NCBI GenBank assembly: GCA_964016885.1
Contig: OZ024744.1
Coordinates: 19,902,001 to 19,966,000, forward strand
DNA from: Eledone cirrhosa
Lineage: Eukaryota
Reading direction: 5' to 3'
Length of the DNA stretch: 64,000 nt
The translations under genes were made by a program, and so were the position numbers. Of this stretch, positions 45,101-63,021 are shown one piece after another (positions within the stretch are counted from its first letter, which is position 1; every line of letters starts with the position of its first letter). Below the pieces are notes generated by a model that made no database searches, was not told the DNA's origin, and was given only the letters and a program-made list of their open reading frames with translations.

Positions 45101-48100
45101 ACACCACACTACACTACACCACAATACACCACACCACACTACACCACATTACACCACACTACTCCCCATCAAACTACACTACACCACACCAAACGACACC
45201 GCACCACATTACACCACACTAAACCCCACCACACTACACCACACTGCACTAGACCACACTGCACTTCACTACTCCACACCACACCACGCTTCAGCACACT
45301 TCGCCACAACACATCACACTACATCACACTACACGACACAACATTACACGACACGACAGCACAGCACACTACGCTACACTACACTACACTACACCACACT
45401 ACACGACATTACACCACACTACACCACACTATACTACACAACACTACACTACACCACACCACCCTATACCACACAACACTACTCCACATTACGCCATACT
45501 ACACCACAATATACCACGGAAAACTACACTACAAAACACTACACCACACTACACCACATTACACCACACTACACCATACTAGACTACACCTCACTATACC
45601 TCACCACGCTACACTGAACTACACCACACTCCACCACATCACACCACACTACACCACCCAACACCACTCCACACCACACTACAACACACTACACCACGCT
45701 ACACTACAACATACTACACCACACCACACGACACTACACCACACTACACTACACCACGGCACACTACACAACACCAAACTACACCACACTACACTACACC
45801 ACACCACACTACACTACACCACAATATACCACGGCACACTACACTACAACACACTACACCACACTATACCTCACCACACTACAATAAACTACAACACCCT
45901 CCACCACATCACACCACACTGTACCACCCTACACCACTCCACACCACACTACACCTCACTATACCACACTACACTACAGCACATTACACCCCACTAAACA
46001 ACACCGCACAACACTACACCACACCACACTACACCACCTTACACCACTCCACACCACACTACAACACACCACACCACACTCCACCTCATCACATCACACT
46101 ACACCACCCTACACCACTCCACACCACACTACACCTCACTATACCACACCACACTACAGCACACCACACCAAACTACACCACACTACACAACACTACACT
46201 ATATCACACCACACTATACCACATCACACACCACTACACCACACCACACAACACTAAACCATACTACACCACACTTCACCACACTACACCACAACGCACT
46301 ACACCACACTACACCACAATACACCACACTTCACCACACTACACCACAACGCACTATACCAAACTACACCACAATATAGCACGGCGCACTACACTACACA
46401 ACACTACACCACACTACACTACACCACACCACACCACACTACACCACATTACACCACACTACACCAAACTAGACTACACCTCACTATACCTCACCACGCT
46501 ACACTAAACTACACCACACTCCACCACATCACACCACACTACACCACCCAACACCACTCCACACCACACTACACTACACCACACCACACTACACCACATT
46601 ACACCACACTACACCAAACTAGACTACACCTCACTATACCTCACCACGCTACGCTAAACTACACCACACTCCACCACATCACACCACACTACACCACAAT
46701 ATACCACGGCACACCACACTACACCACACTACACCACGCTACACTACAACAGACTATATCACACCACACGACACTACACCACACTACACTACACCACGGC
46801 ACACTACACAACACCAAACTACACCACACTACACTACACCACACTACACTACACCACAATATACCACGGCACACTACACTACACCACACTACGCCACACT
46901 ACACTACACCACGCCACACCACACTACACTACATTACACCACACTACACCACACTACACCACGCTACACTACAGCATACTACATCACACCACACGACACT
47001 ACACCACACTACACCACAACACACTACACCACACAGCACTACCCTACACCAACCTACACTGCACCACACTACAACACACTACACCACACCACACCACGCT
47101 TCAGCACACTACGCCACAACACATCACACTACATCACACTACACGACACAACATTACACGACACGACAGCACAGCACACTACGCTACACTACACTACACT
47201 ACACCACACCACACTACACTACACAACACTACACTACACCACAACACCCTATACCACACAACACTACACCACATTACACCACACTACACCACAATACACC
47301 ACGGCACACTACACTACACAACACTACACCACACTACACTACACCACACCACACTACACCACATTACACCACACTACACCATACTAGACTACACCTCACT
47401 ATACCTCACCACGCTACACTAAACTACACCACACTCCACCACATCACACCACACTACACCACCCAACACCACTCCACACCACACTACACCACACTACACC
47501 ACACTACACCACGCTACACTACAACATACTACAACACACCACACGACACTACACCACACTACACTACACCACGGCACACTACACAACACCAAACTACACC
47601 ACACTACACTACACCACACCACACTACACTACACCACAATATACCACGGCACACTACACTACACCACACTACGCCACACTACACTACACCACGCACAACA
47701 CACTACACTACATTACACCACACTACACCACACTATACCTCACCACACTACACTAAACTACACCACCCTCCACCACATCACACCACACTATACCACCCTA
47801 CACCACTCCACACCACAGTACACCTCACTATACCACACCACACTACACCACATTACACCACACTACACTAAATGACACCACACTAAACCACACCCCACTA
47901 CACCATTATACAACACACTACACTACAAAACACCACACTACACTACACCACAGCACCCTAATCCCCGCTGCACCACACCAGACCACACTAGCCTACACTA
48001 CACCACACCACCCGACACTACACCACACCACAACAGACTACACCACACTACACCACACTACACCACACTACACTACACCATACTACACCACACCACATCA

Positions 48101-51100
48101 CACCACACTATACCACACCACAGAACACTACACCACACCACACACCACTACACCACACCACACCACACTACACCATACAACACCACACTACACCACTACA
48201 CACTACACTATCCCACACCACACCAAACTACACCACACCACACCACATACCAAACACTAGACTGCACGACACTACACCACACTACACCACACCACACCAA
48301 GAAAACTACACTACACAACAGCACACTACTACTACAGTACACAAACACCCCACTACACTAAACTACACCACACTACACCACACGACACTACACCACCCTA
48401 CACCACACCACACCACACTACACCACACTACACCGCACTATACCACACCACACTACATCACACTACAACACACTACAGTACACCACACTACACTACACTA
48501 CACAACACTACACTACACTACACTACACTACACTACACTACACTAAACCACAACACACTAGACCATACTACACCACACTAGAGCACACCACGCTAGGGCA
48601 CACTACACTACACTACAGCACATCACACTACACCTCATTACATCACACCACACTACGCCACACTACAGTACACCACACAAGACTACACTAAACTACACCA
48701 CACTGCACCACACCACACTACATTACACTATACTACACTACACCACACAACCTACACGACACCAATCTACACGACACCAATCTACACGACACCATACTAC
48801 ACCAAACCACACTGCACCACACCAGATTACACTACACTAAACCACACCACACTACCGTACACCACACTTCGCCTCACTACACCACTCTACACTATACTAT
48901 ACCACACACCATCATACGACACGGTACAACAGTATACCACACCACAGAACACTACACCACACCACACACCACTACACCACACCACACTACACCATACAAC
49001 ACCACACTACACCACTACACACTACACTATCCCACACCACACCAAACTACACCACACTACACCACATTCCAAACACTACACTGCACCACACTACACCACA
49101 CTACACCACACCACACCAACCTACACTACACTACACCACAGCACACTTCTACTACAGTACACCACACCCCACTACTCTAAACTACACCACACTACACCAC
49201 ACGACACTACACCACCCTACACCACACCACACACCACTACACCACACCACACCACACCAAACTACACCACACTACACCACATTCCAAACACTACACTGCA
49301 CCACACTACACCACACTACACCACACCACACCAACCTACACTACACCACAGCACACTTCTACTACAGTACACCACACCCCACTACTCTAAACTACACCAC
49401 ACTACACCACACGACACTACACCACCCTACACCACACTACACCACAGCACACCACACCACACTACAACATACAACAGTACACCACATTACACCAAACTAC
49501 ACCACACTATACCACACTACCCTACACTAAACTTCACTAAACCACACTAAACCACACTATACAACACCACACTACACCACGCTACACCACGCTACACTAC
49601 AACATTCTACACCACACTACACCACGCTACACATCGCTACACCACTCCACAATGCACCACACCCTACTACACTACACCACACTACACTACACATCTCTAC
49701 ACCACTCCACACTACACCATACCCCACTACACCACACCAAACTGCACCACACTACACCACACCAGACTACACCACCCCAAACCAACCTACACATCACACT
49801 ATACCACACCCCACACTAAACTAAACTACACTATACTACACCACACTACACATCGCTACACCACTCCACACTACACCACACCCCACTACCCTACATCACA
49901 CTACACCACACCACACTACACCACACTACACCACACTACACTACACTACGCAACACCACATATCACAACACCACACTACACCACACTACACCACACCAAA
50001 CTACACCACAACACACTACACTACACTACACCACACCACACCACACCACACCTAACCTAACCACACCACACCACACTACACCTCACCGGCCCCTCACTAC
50101 ACCCCACCACATGACACCACACCACACTACACTGAACCAGACTACACCACACTACACCACACTACACTACACCACACTATACCACACCACACTACACTAC
50201 ACCACACTACACCTCACCACATTACACCACACTACACGACACTGCACCACCCTACACCATTCCACACCACACTACACCAAATATCACCACACTAAACCGC
50301 ACTATACCACACCACACTACACCACGCTACAGCACATTACACTACACCACACTACACTGCACCACACCACACCATACAACACCACACTATAGCACATCAC
50401 ACTGCAGCAAACTACACTATATTACACTATACTACCCCTTACCACACTGCACCACACCACACTACAACACACTACACCACACTACTCTACACCACACTAC
50501 ACCAGATTAAACTACACCAGACCACACTACACTACACCACACTACACCACACTATATCGTACTATAACACACCACACTACAGCACATTACACCACACGAC
50601 ACTGCACCGCACAACACTACACCACACCACACTACACCGCACTTCATCACTCCACACCACACTACAATACACCACACTGCACTACACTACACTACACCGA
50701 ACGACACTACACCACACGACACTACACCACCCTACACCACACCACACGAAACTACGCTACACTACACTAAACTACACCACAATCCACCGCATCATACCAC
50801 ACCACCCTACACCACTTCACATCACAATACACCACACCACACTACACCTCACTATACCACACCACACTACAGCACATTACACCATACTACACTACACCGC
50901 ACAACACTACACCACACCACACTACATCACCCTACACCACGCCACACCACACTACAATACACCACGCTACATTACACTACACCACACCACTCTAAATCAA
51001 ACTACACCACACCGCACTACCCCACAACACACCACACTACACCACACCACACCACCCTATACCACTTCATACTACACTACACTACACCACAATAGACGAC

Positions 51101-54100
51101 ACCAGACTAAACTACACCACACTACACCACACTACACCACACTATACCACACCACACTGCACTACACTAAACTACACGACACCACACTACACCACATTAT
51201 ACAACACCATACTAAACAACACTAAACCACACCACACTACACTACACCACACCACACCGCACCGAATTACACTACACCACACTACACTACACCACACTAT
51301 ACCACACTACCCTACACCGCACTTCACTAAACCACACTATACTACACCACACTACACATCGCTACACCACTCCACAATACACCATACCCCACTACACTAC
51401 ACCACACTACACCACACTATAGCACACCACACTACACTAAACATCTCTACACCACTCCACACTACACCATACCCCACTACACCACACCACACTGCACCAC
51501 ACTACACCACACCATACTTTACCACCCCACACCAACCTACACATCACACTATACCACACCCCACACTAAACTAAACCACAACATACTACACCACACTACA
51601 CATCGCTACACCACTCCACACTACACCACACCCCAATACCCTACACCACACTACACCACACCACACTACACCACACTACACTACACTACGCTACACCACA
51701 GATCACAACACCACACTACAGCAGACTACACCACACCAAACTACACCACAACACACTACACTACACTACACCACACCACACCACACTACACCTATCCACA
51801 CCAGACAACACCACATTACACCTCACCAGCCCCTCACTACACCCCACCACATGACACCACACCACACAACACTGAACCAGACTACAACACACTACACCAC
51901 ACTACACTACACCACACTATACCACACCACACTACACTACACCACACTACACAACACTACACCACGCTACACCACACTACACCTCACCACATTACACCAC
52001 ACTACACGACACTACACCAACCTACACCATTCCACACCACACTACACCACATATCCCCACACTAAACCGCACTATACCACACCAAACTACACCACGCTAC
52101 ACCACATTACACTACACCACACTACACTGCACCACACCACACCATACAACACGACACTATAGCACATCACACTGCAGCAAACTACACTATATTACACTAT
52201 ACTACCCCATACCACACTGCACCACACCATACTACAACTCACTACACCACACTACACCACACTATACCACACCACCTTACACAACACTACAGCACACTAC
52301 AACACAAACACCTCACTAAACGACACCACACTACACCGCACTAAATCACACCACACCACCCTACACCACTCCACACCACACTACACTACACCACAGTACA
52401 ACGCACTACACCACACTAAAATACAGCACACTACACCACACCACATCACACTACACCACACAACATTACATCACACTACACTACACCACACTACCCCACA
52501 CTATACCACACTACACCACACTACATCACACCACACCATACCACACCATACTACACCACATTACACCGCACCACACCACACGACACCACATTACACTACA
52601 GCACACCACACTACACCACACCACACTACACCACAATACACCAAACGAGACTACACTACACAACACTACGCCAGACCACATCACACTACATCACAATAAC
52701 CCACACTACACCACACCACACTTCTCCACACCACACCAAACTACAACACACTACACAACACTACACCACGCTACACCACACTACACCTCACCACATTACA
52801 CCACACTACACCACATATCCCGACACTAAACCGCACTATACCACACCAAACTACACCACGCTACACCACATTACACTACACCACACTACACTGCACCACA
52901 CCACACCATACAACACGACACTATAGCACATCACACTGCAGCAAACTACACTATATTACACTATACTACCCCATACCACACTGCACCACACCATACTACA
53001 ACACACTACACCACACTACACCACACTATACCACACCACCTTACACAACACTACAGCACACTACAACACAAACACCTCACTAAACTACACCACACTACAC
53101 CGCACTAAATCACACCACACCACCCTACACCACTCCACACCACACTACACTACACCACAGTACAACGCACTACACCACACTAAAATACAGCACACTACAC
53201 CACACCACATCACACTACACCACACACGATTACATCACACTACACCACACCACACTACACCACACTACATCACACCACACCACACCACACCACAACACAC
53301 CACACTACACCACACCACACCACACTACACCACATTACACTACAGCACACCACACTACACCACACTACACTACACCACAATACACCAAACCAGACTACAC
53401 TACACAACACTACGCCAGATCACATCGCACTACATCACAATAACCCACACTACACCACACCACACTTCTCCACACCACACCAAACTACAACACACTACAC
53501 CACACTACACTACACTACACCACACTACACGACACCACCCTACACCACACGACACCACACCACACTACACTACACCACAGCACACGACACTACAATACAT
53601 CACGCCACCCTACACTAGACCACACCACACTACACCACACTACACCACGCTACACTACACCACAGCACACTACACTACACCAATCCACACTACACCACCC
53701 TACACCAATCCACACTGCAATGCACCACACGACTCCTACACTACACCACACCACACTACACCAAACTACACCACGCAATATCACACTACATCACACTACA
53801 TCATATTCCACTACACCATACCACACTACACTACCTCACACTACACCACACTACACCAGACTACACTGCACTATAACACACCAGACTACAGCACATTTAA
53901 CCACACTACACTGCACTGCAAAACACTACACCTCACCACACTACACCGCACTACACCACTCCACACCACATTACACCACACTACACCACACCACACTACA
54001 CCACACTATACCACGCCACACTACACTACATTACACGACACCACACTACACCACACTACACCACACCACACTAGACGACACTATACCACACCCCACTAAA

Positions 54101-57100
54101 CAACACTACACCACACTACACTACACTACACCACACCACACCGCACCACACTCGACTACACTACACTACATCACACTATACCACACTACCCTACACTGCA
54201 CTTCACTTAACCACACTATACTACACCACACTACACATCACTACTCCACACTACACCATACCCCACTACACTACACCACACTGCACAACACTACACTACA
54301 CCACACCACACTGCACCATACAACACCACACCACACTACACCACACTACACCACGCAACGCTATACTACACCATACTACAGCACGCTATACTACACCACA
54401 CTACACCACACTACACCTCACTACACCACCCTACACTATATCACACCACGTTACCCTACACCACACTACACTGCACAGCACTACAAAATACTACTCCACA
54501 CCACACCAAACTGCACCACACTACACCACACTATACCACACTACACTACACAACAGTTCACTAAACCACACTACACCACACTACACCACACTACACTACA
54601 GCACACCGTACTACTCAACAATACAGCACACCAGACCACACGGCACTATACCACACCACCCTACACCACACCACACCATACTACAACACACTATAGCACA
54701 TCACACTACAGCACACTACACTACACCACACTAAACCACATTATACCACACTAAATCACACCGCACTACACCACAATACAACACGTTACACTACACCACA
54801 AAATACCACCCTACACCACAACACACCACACTACACCAAACTACACCACGCTACACTACACCATACTACACCAAACTCCACGCCACCGCACTACACCACA
54901 CTACACTACACCACACCGCTCTACACTACACCACACCACCTTACACCACAATACACCACACCACACGACACCACACTACACCACATTACACCACATCACA
55001 CCACACCACGCCTGAACACACTACACTACACTACACGACCCTACACCAAACCACACTACACCACATCACACCAAACACACCGCACTACACTCACCACACT
55101 ACACTTCACTACACCACACCCCACTAAACCACAACACACCAATCCACACTACAATACACCACACTACACTATACTACATTACACCACACCACACTACACC
55201 ACACCACACTGCACCAAAATACACCACACCACATAACATTACACCACACCACGACACGCGACACCACACTACACTACCCCAACCTATACCACACTACACC
55301 ACACTACACCACACTACACCACGCTACACTACACCACACTACACCAAACCACCCTACACCACACTACACCACACTACATTACAGCACACCACACCACACT
55401 ACACAACACCACAGCAAACTACACCACACTACACCACACTACACTACAACATACTACACCACACCACACCATACACTACCACACCACACAACACTACACC
55501 ACACTGCACCACACTATACCACACTAAAACGCACCAACCTACACCACATTACACCACACCACCCTACACCTCACCACACCACACGACACCACCCTATACC
55601 ACACGACACGACTCCACACCACACTACACTGCACCACAGCACACACACTACAATGCTTCAAACGACCTTACACTAAACCACACCACACTACACCACACTA
55701 AAGCACGCTACACTACAACATATTGCACCACACCACACTACACTACACCACACTACACTACACCACACCACACTACACCACACTACACTACACCACACTA
55801 TAACACACCACTCTAGAGCACATTACACCACACCACACTACACCGCACTAAAACACACCACACTAGAGCACATTACACCATACTACACTGCACCGCACAA
55901 CACTACACCACACCACACTACACCACACTACACCACTCCACACTACAATACACCACTGTACACTACACTACACCACACCCCACTACACCACACCACACTA
56001 CACCATACTATACCACACCACACAATACCACACCACATAACACTACACCACACCACACTACACTACACCATACCGCACTACACAACATTACACCACACTA
56101 CACCACACTACACTACACTTCACTATACCTGACTACGCTACACTAAACTACACCACACTCCACCACATCACACCACACTACACCACCCAACACTACTCCA
56201 CACCACACTACACCACACCACACTACACCACACTATACCACACCAAACTACACCACATTACCCCACACTACACTACACCGCACAACACTACACCACACCA
56301 CACCACCCTACACCACACCACAATACACAACACTACACGACACGACACCACACTACACAACACCACATTGCACCACACTACACCACACTATATTACACCA
56401 CAGTTCACTACACCAAACTACACCACACTAAACCACACCACACTACACCACACTACACCACACCCCACTACACCACACGACACCATACTACACCACACCA
56501 TACTACACCACACCGAACAAAACTACACCACAATACACCACACCACACCACACAACACCAACCTACACTACACCACACCACACTACACTACAGTACAGTA
56601 CACCACATCACCCTACACCACACCATACCACACTACACCACACCACACCACACCAAACTACACAGCACAACATCACACTACACTATACCACACTATATCA
56701 CACCACACCACACTACACCGCACTATGCCACACCAAACTACACCACACCACACCACACAACACTACACCACTCTACACTACACCACACCATACTACAACA
56801 CACTATAGCACACCACACTACACCACACCACACTACATCACACTACACCAAACCACACTACACCACGCTACACCACACTACACCACACTATGCTACACCA
56901 CAGTTCACTACACCACACTGCACCACACTAAACCACACTACACAACAGCACACCGCACTGCACCACACCACACCGAACTACACCACACTACACCACATAC
57001 ACCACAACACACTACACTACACTACACCACGCTACACTACACCACGCTACACTACACCGCAATACACCACACCACCCCACACTACACCACATTGCACCAC

Positions 57101-60100
57101 ATCAGACTACAATCCACCACACGACACCACACTACACTACGCCACACCACACTACACTACTCCACACCACACCACTCTACACCACACAGCACAACACTAC
57201 ACCACACTACACCACACCACACCACACCAAACTACACCACACTACACCACACCACACTACACAACACTACACCATACTACACGTCACGACACTACACCAC
57301 ACTACACCACACAACCCTACACCACAGGACATCACACGACACGACATCACACTTCACTACACCACACGAGACTACACTACACCACACCACACCACCTTAC
57401 CCTACACCACACCACACTACAACACACCACACCACACGACGCCACGCTACACCACACTACACTACAGCACACCACACTACACTACACCACTCCAAACTAC
57501 ACCACATTACGCCACACTACACCACACCAAACCACACCATACTACAACACACTATAGTACACCACAGTACAGCACACTACACTACGCTAGACCACAGTCC
57601 ACTACACCACACTAAACTAAACTACACCACACTACACCACACCACACCACATTACACTACACTACACCACACCACACCAAACTACACAACAGCACACTAA
57701 ACCACACTACACTACACCACACCACACCAGACTACACCACGCTACACCACACTACACCTCACCACACCACAGTAGACTACACCACACTACACTACACCAC
57801 ACCAAACAACACCACACTACATCACATTACACTATATATCACACCACACCACACCACACCATACAACACCACACCACACACCACTACACCACACATAACC
57901 GCACTACACCACACCACACTAGACCACACTACACCACAATACACCACACTACACCACACTACACCGCACTACACCAAATTACACCACACCACAGTACACC
58001 TCAGTACATCAAACAACACTACACCACACAACAATACGCCAAACAATACCACACAAACACTACACCACACCACGCAACACAACACTACATTACACTACAC
58101 TACACTACACCACACTATACCACACTATACTATACCACCCTACACTACACTACACTACAGTACACCACACCACACTACACCACACTACACCACCCTACAC
58201 CATTACACACCACACTACACCACCCTACACCATTACACACCACACTACACCACCCCACACCCCACTAAACCGCATTATACCACACCGCACTACACCACAC
58301 CACACTACACCACACTATGCCACACAACAATACACCAAAAAATAACACACTACAATACACCACACCACGCAACACAACACTACACTACACTACACTACAC
58401 TACACTACACTACATCACACTATACCACACTACACTACATTACAGTACACCACACATCACTACAATAAACTACACCACACATCACTACAATAAACTACAC
58501 CACACTATACCACACCACACCACACTACACCACCCTCACCATTACACTCAACACTACACCACGCCACACAACACTATACCATACCACACTGTACGACATT
58601 ACACTACACCACAATACACCACACCATACAACACCACACTATAGCACACCACACCCCAGAAAACTACACTACATTACACTACACCACACCACTCCACACT
58701 ACACCACACTACACCACACTACATCACACGTCACTACACCAGACCACACCACCCCAAACAAAACCACACTACACCACACTACACTACACCAAACTACACC
58801 ATACCACACCACTCCACACTACACCACACTACACCACACTACACCACACGACACTACACCACTCTACACTATACTAAACCACACTACAAACCACGATACT
58901 ACACCACAACATAGTACACAAAACTAGGGGACACTACATCACACTAGACCACACCACACCACACCAAACTACACAGCACTACACCACACCACACTACACT
59001 ACAGCAAACTACACATCACTACACCACTCTACACTACACCACACCACACCATACTACAACACACTACAGCACACCACACTACACTACACTACACCACACT
59101 ACACCACACCACACTAGGGCACACTACACTATATCACACCACACCACACCAAAGAACACCACACCACACACCACTACACCACACATAACCGCACTACACC
59201 ACACCACACCAGACTACACCACACTACACCAAATTACACCACACCACAGTTCACCTCAGTATATCACACAACACTACACCACACAACAATACACCAAAAA
59301 ATACCACACTACACTACACCACACCACGCAACACAACACTACATTACACTACACCACACTACACTACACTATACCACACTATACTATACCACCCTACACT
59401 ACACTGCACTACAGTACACCACACCACACTACACTAAACTACACCACACTATACCACACCACACCACACTACACCACCCTACACCATTACACACCACACT
59501 ACACCACCCCGAACCACACTAAACCGCATTATACCACACCGCACTACACCACACCACACTACACCACACTACCCCACACAACAATACACCAAAAATAGCA
59601 CACTACAATACGTCACACCACACCACGCAACACAACACTACACTACACAACACTACACTACATCACACTATAACACACTACACTATACCACCCTACACTA
59701 CACTACATTACAGTACATCATACCACACTACACCAACCTCACCATTACACTCAACACTACACCACGCCACACCACACTAAACCGCACTATACCATATCAC
59801 ACTGCACGACATTACACTACACCACAATACACCACACCATACAGCACCACACTATAGCACACCACACCCCACCAAACTACACTACATTACAATACACCAC
59901 ACCACTCCACACTACACCACACTACACCACAATACATCACACGTCACTACACCAGACCACACCACACCAAACAAAACCACACTACACCACACTACACTAT
60001 ACCACACCACACTACATTAAAACTACACCACACTACACCACATAACACCACACTGCACCAACATACATCACTCCACACCACACTACACCACCCTACACCG

Positions 60101-62406
60101 CACTATACCACACCACACTACATTAAAATACACTACACCACACTGTAGCACACCACACTACAGCACACTACACTACGCTTCACCACAGTTCAATACAACT
60201 CAATACACCACACTACACCACACCACAGTACACCACACCACACCACACTACACCACACCACACTACACTACACACACTACACAACACTACACCACACTAC
60301 ACCAAGCTACACCTCACCACACTACACCACCCAACACCATTCCACACCACACTACACCACGTCTCACCACACTAAACCGCACTATACCACACCACACTAC
60401 ACCACACTACACAACATTACACTACACCACACTACACTGCACCACACCATACAACACCACACTATAGCACACCAAACTGTAGCAAACTACACTATATTAC
60501 ACTATACTACCCCATACCACACTAGACATCACTACACACACTACACCAAACTACACCACACCACCTTACACCACACTACACCACACTACACCACACTACA
60601 CCACACTAAACTACACCACACCACACCACTCAACACAACACTACATTACACTACACTACACTTCAGCGCACTAAACCACACTACACTATACCACCCTACA
60701 CTACACCACACTACACCACACTACACTGCACTACACCACACCACACTACACAACACCCCACTACAACCCACTATACTACACCACACTACACTACGCTACA
60801 CTACACCGCACCACACCACACTACACTACACTACACCACAATACACTAGACAACACACTATACCACACCACACTACACTACACAACACCACACCACACTA
60901 TACTACATTACACTACTCTACACTACACCACACTACACCACACTACACCACACAAAACAACAACACACTACACCACACTGCACCACACTACACTAGACCC
61001 CACTATAACACAACACACTACACTACACTACACCAAACCACACTACACTACACTACACCACACCGCACTACACCACACTACACCACACCACACCACACTA
61101 CACTACACCACACCACCCTACAATACACTCCACCACACTACACTACACCACACTACACCACCCTTCACCACACTACACCATAAAATACCACACTACACCA
61201 CACCACACTACACCACTCGGCACCACAACACACAACTCTACACTACACCACACCACGCTCCACCACAGCCACACTACACCACATCACACCACGCATCACA
61301 CCAAACTACACCACACCACACTACACTACAGCAAACGACACGACTCCACACCACACCACATTACACCGCATCGCACTACACCACACCACACCACTCCACA
61401 CCACACCACACTACACCACACTACACCACACCACGCCACACTACACCACATACCACCACACTACACTACAGCATACGACACATTTCACACCACACCACAT
61501 TACACCGCACCACACTACACCACACCACACCACACCACACCACTCCACTCCACACCACACCACACCACACCACTCCACTCCACACCACTCCACACCACAC
61601 CACACTACACCACACTACACCACACCACGCCACATTACACTACAATACACCACACCACACCAACCTACACGACAACACACTACACCACACTACACTACAA
61701 TACATTCCACACCACACTACAATACACTACACTACACCTCACTACACCACACTACACTACACCAAACCACACTACACCACACTACACCACACTACACTAC
61801 ACCACTCTACACTACACCACAACATACCACAAAACACCACACCACACTACACCACAGCACACGACACGACTCCACACCACACCACATTACACCACACCAC
61901 ACTACACTACTCCACAATACACCACACCACACCGCACTATACCACAGCACACCACGCTACACCGCACTACACCACACCACACCACACTACACCACACAAT
62001 ACTACACTACACCACACCACACTAGACCACACCACACTACACAGCACTACACTACACCACACTACACTACACTACACCACACCACACTACACTTACCACC
62101 CTACACTACACCACATTGCACTACACCACACTACACCACACTACACCACCCTAAACCACACCACACTACACCACACCACACTACACCACACTACACCACA
62201 CCACGCTACACTACACCACACCACGCTAGACTACACTACACCACAGCACATCACTCTACACTACGCTACACCACGCTACACCACACTACACCACGACACA
62301 CTACACCACACCACACTACATCTCACCGCACTTAAGCACACTACACCACACTACACTATACCACAAAATACCACACTACACTACACCACACTAAACCACA
62401 CTACAC
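15139..62406 (+). repeat. Degenerate pentanucleotide satellite (CACAC/TACAC)n, about 47 kb, with kb-scale internal duplications
   Basis: A 5-bp period runs throughout (ACACC/ACACT), and the + strand is strongly G-poor. Recurring variant words mark segmental duplications. Confidence 0.97.
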
Positions 62407-62868
62407 TTAAGGCTGTACACGGATATGGTGTGGCCCACTCTTAGAATATGTATCACCAGTCTGAACCCCTATCTTGCTCAGAACATTGACCGCCTGGAAA
62501 CTGTTCAGAGAAGTGCAACCAAGCGAATACCCTCCATCAGGCACCTACCATACTCTGAACGCCTTGCTTCTCTGGGCATATACATTAAAGTTCTAACGTC
62601 TGGCAACTGACTTGGTAAACACCCATAAATTGTAAACCATCTTGCCAAAAGCAACCCTGAGCACCTTTTTGATTTCCATGTCTCTAACACACGTGAACAT
62701 GCCCAGAAAATCAGAAAACAGCACAGCTCCCATGAATTTCGGAAACATTTTTTAACGCTCAGAGTTGCTGAAGCATGGAACAAACTACCTGCATCAGTTG
62801 TTAGCTGTCGAGACACTGCGTCCTTTAAAACCTCCATGCTTCCCGAGCCTCGCCAACACTACACCTAA
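62407..62868 (+). pseudogene. Disrupted LINE ORF2 C-terminal fragment
   Basis: About four frameshifts (near 62440, 62463, 62581, 62630) and premature stops. The last segment is open to TAA at 62866-62868. Confidence 0.75.
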
Positions 62869-63021
62869 CATTCCACGTCCATACACATACACACATGTAT
62901 ATCATGAATCATATACTATTCACTTCCATGACATTTGTATATTATTCTATGTACTATATATGTACCTTTGACGAGTTGTAGTGCACCTGAGCCCTACAAC
63001 TAATAATAATTTCATTATTAT
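62407..63021 (+). mobile_element. 5'-truncated, decayed CR1-like non-LTR retrotransposon (ORF2 C-terminus, 3' UTR, short ATT tail)
   Basis: Joining frames gives LRLYTDMVWP.LEYVSPV*NPYLAQNIDRLETVQRSATKRIPSIRHLPYSERLASLG..TLKF*RLATDLVNTHKIVNH...NTREHAQKIRKQHSSHEFRKHFLTLRVAEAWNKLPASVVSCRDTASFKTSMLPEPRQHYT*. This follows the CR1-group post-RT pattern LY..VRP.LEY...W.P...LE.VQRRATK...Y.ERL..L...TRGH...FF..RV...WN.LP..VV. The element ends in AATAATTTCATTATTAT. Confidence 0.85.

Noticed and set aside
15139-62406. CACTA (En/Spm) transposon termini or telomeric repeat
   Set aside because: CACTA is just the satellite monomer, and there are no paired TIRs or transposase. There are no TTAGGG/TTAGG arrays, and the tract is degenerate and interrupted.
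62505-62971. ORFs 62505-62837 (-) and 62765-62971 (+)
   Set aside because: They are antisense and off-frame readings of the LINE ORF2 remnant and its UTR.
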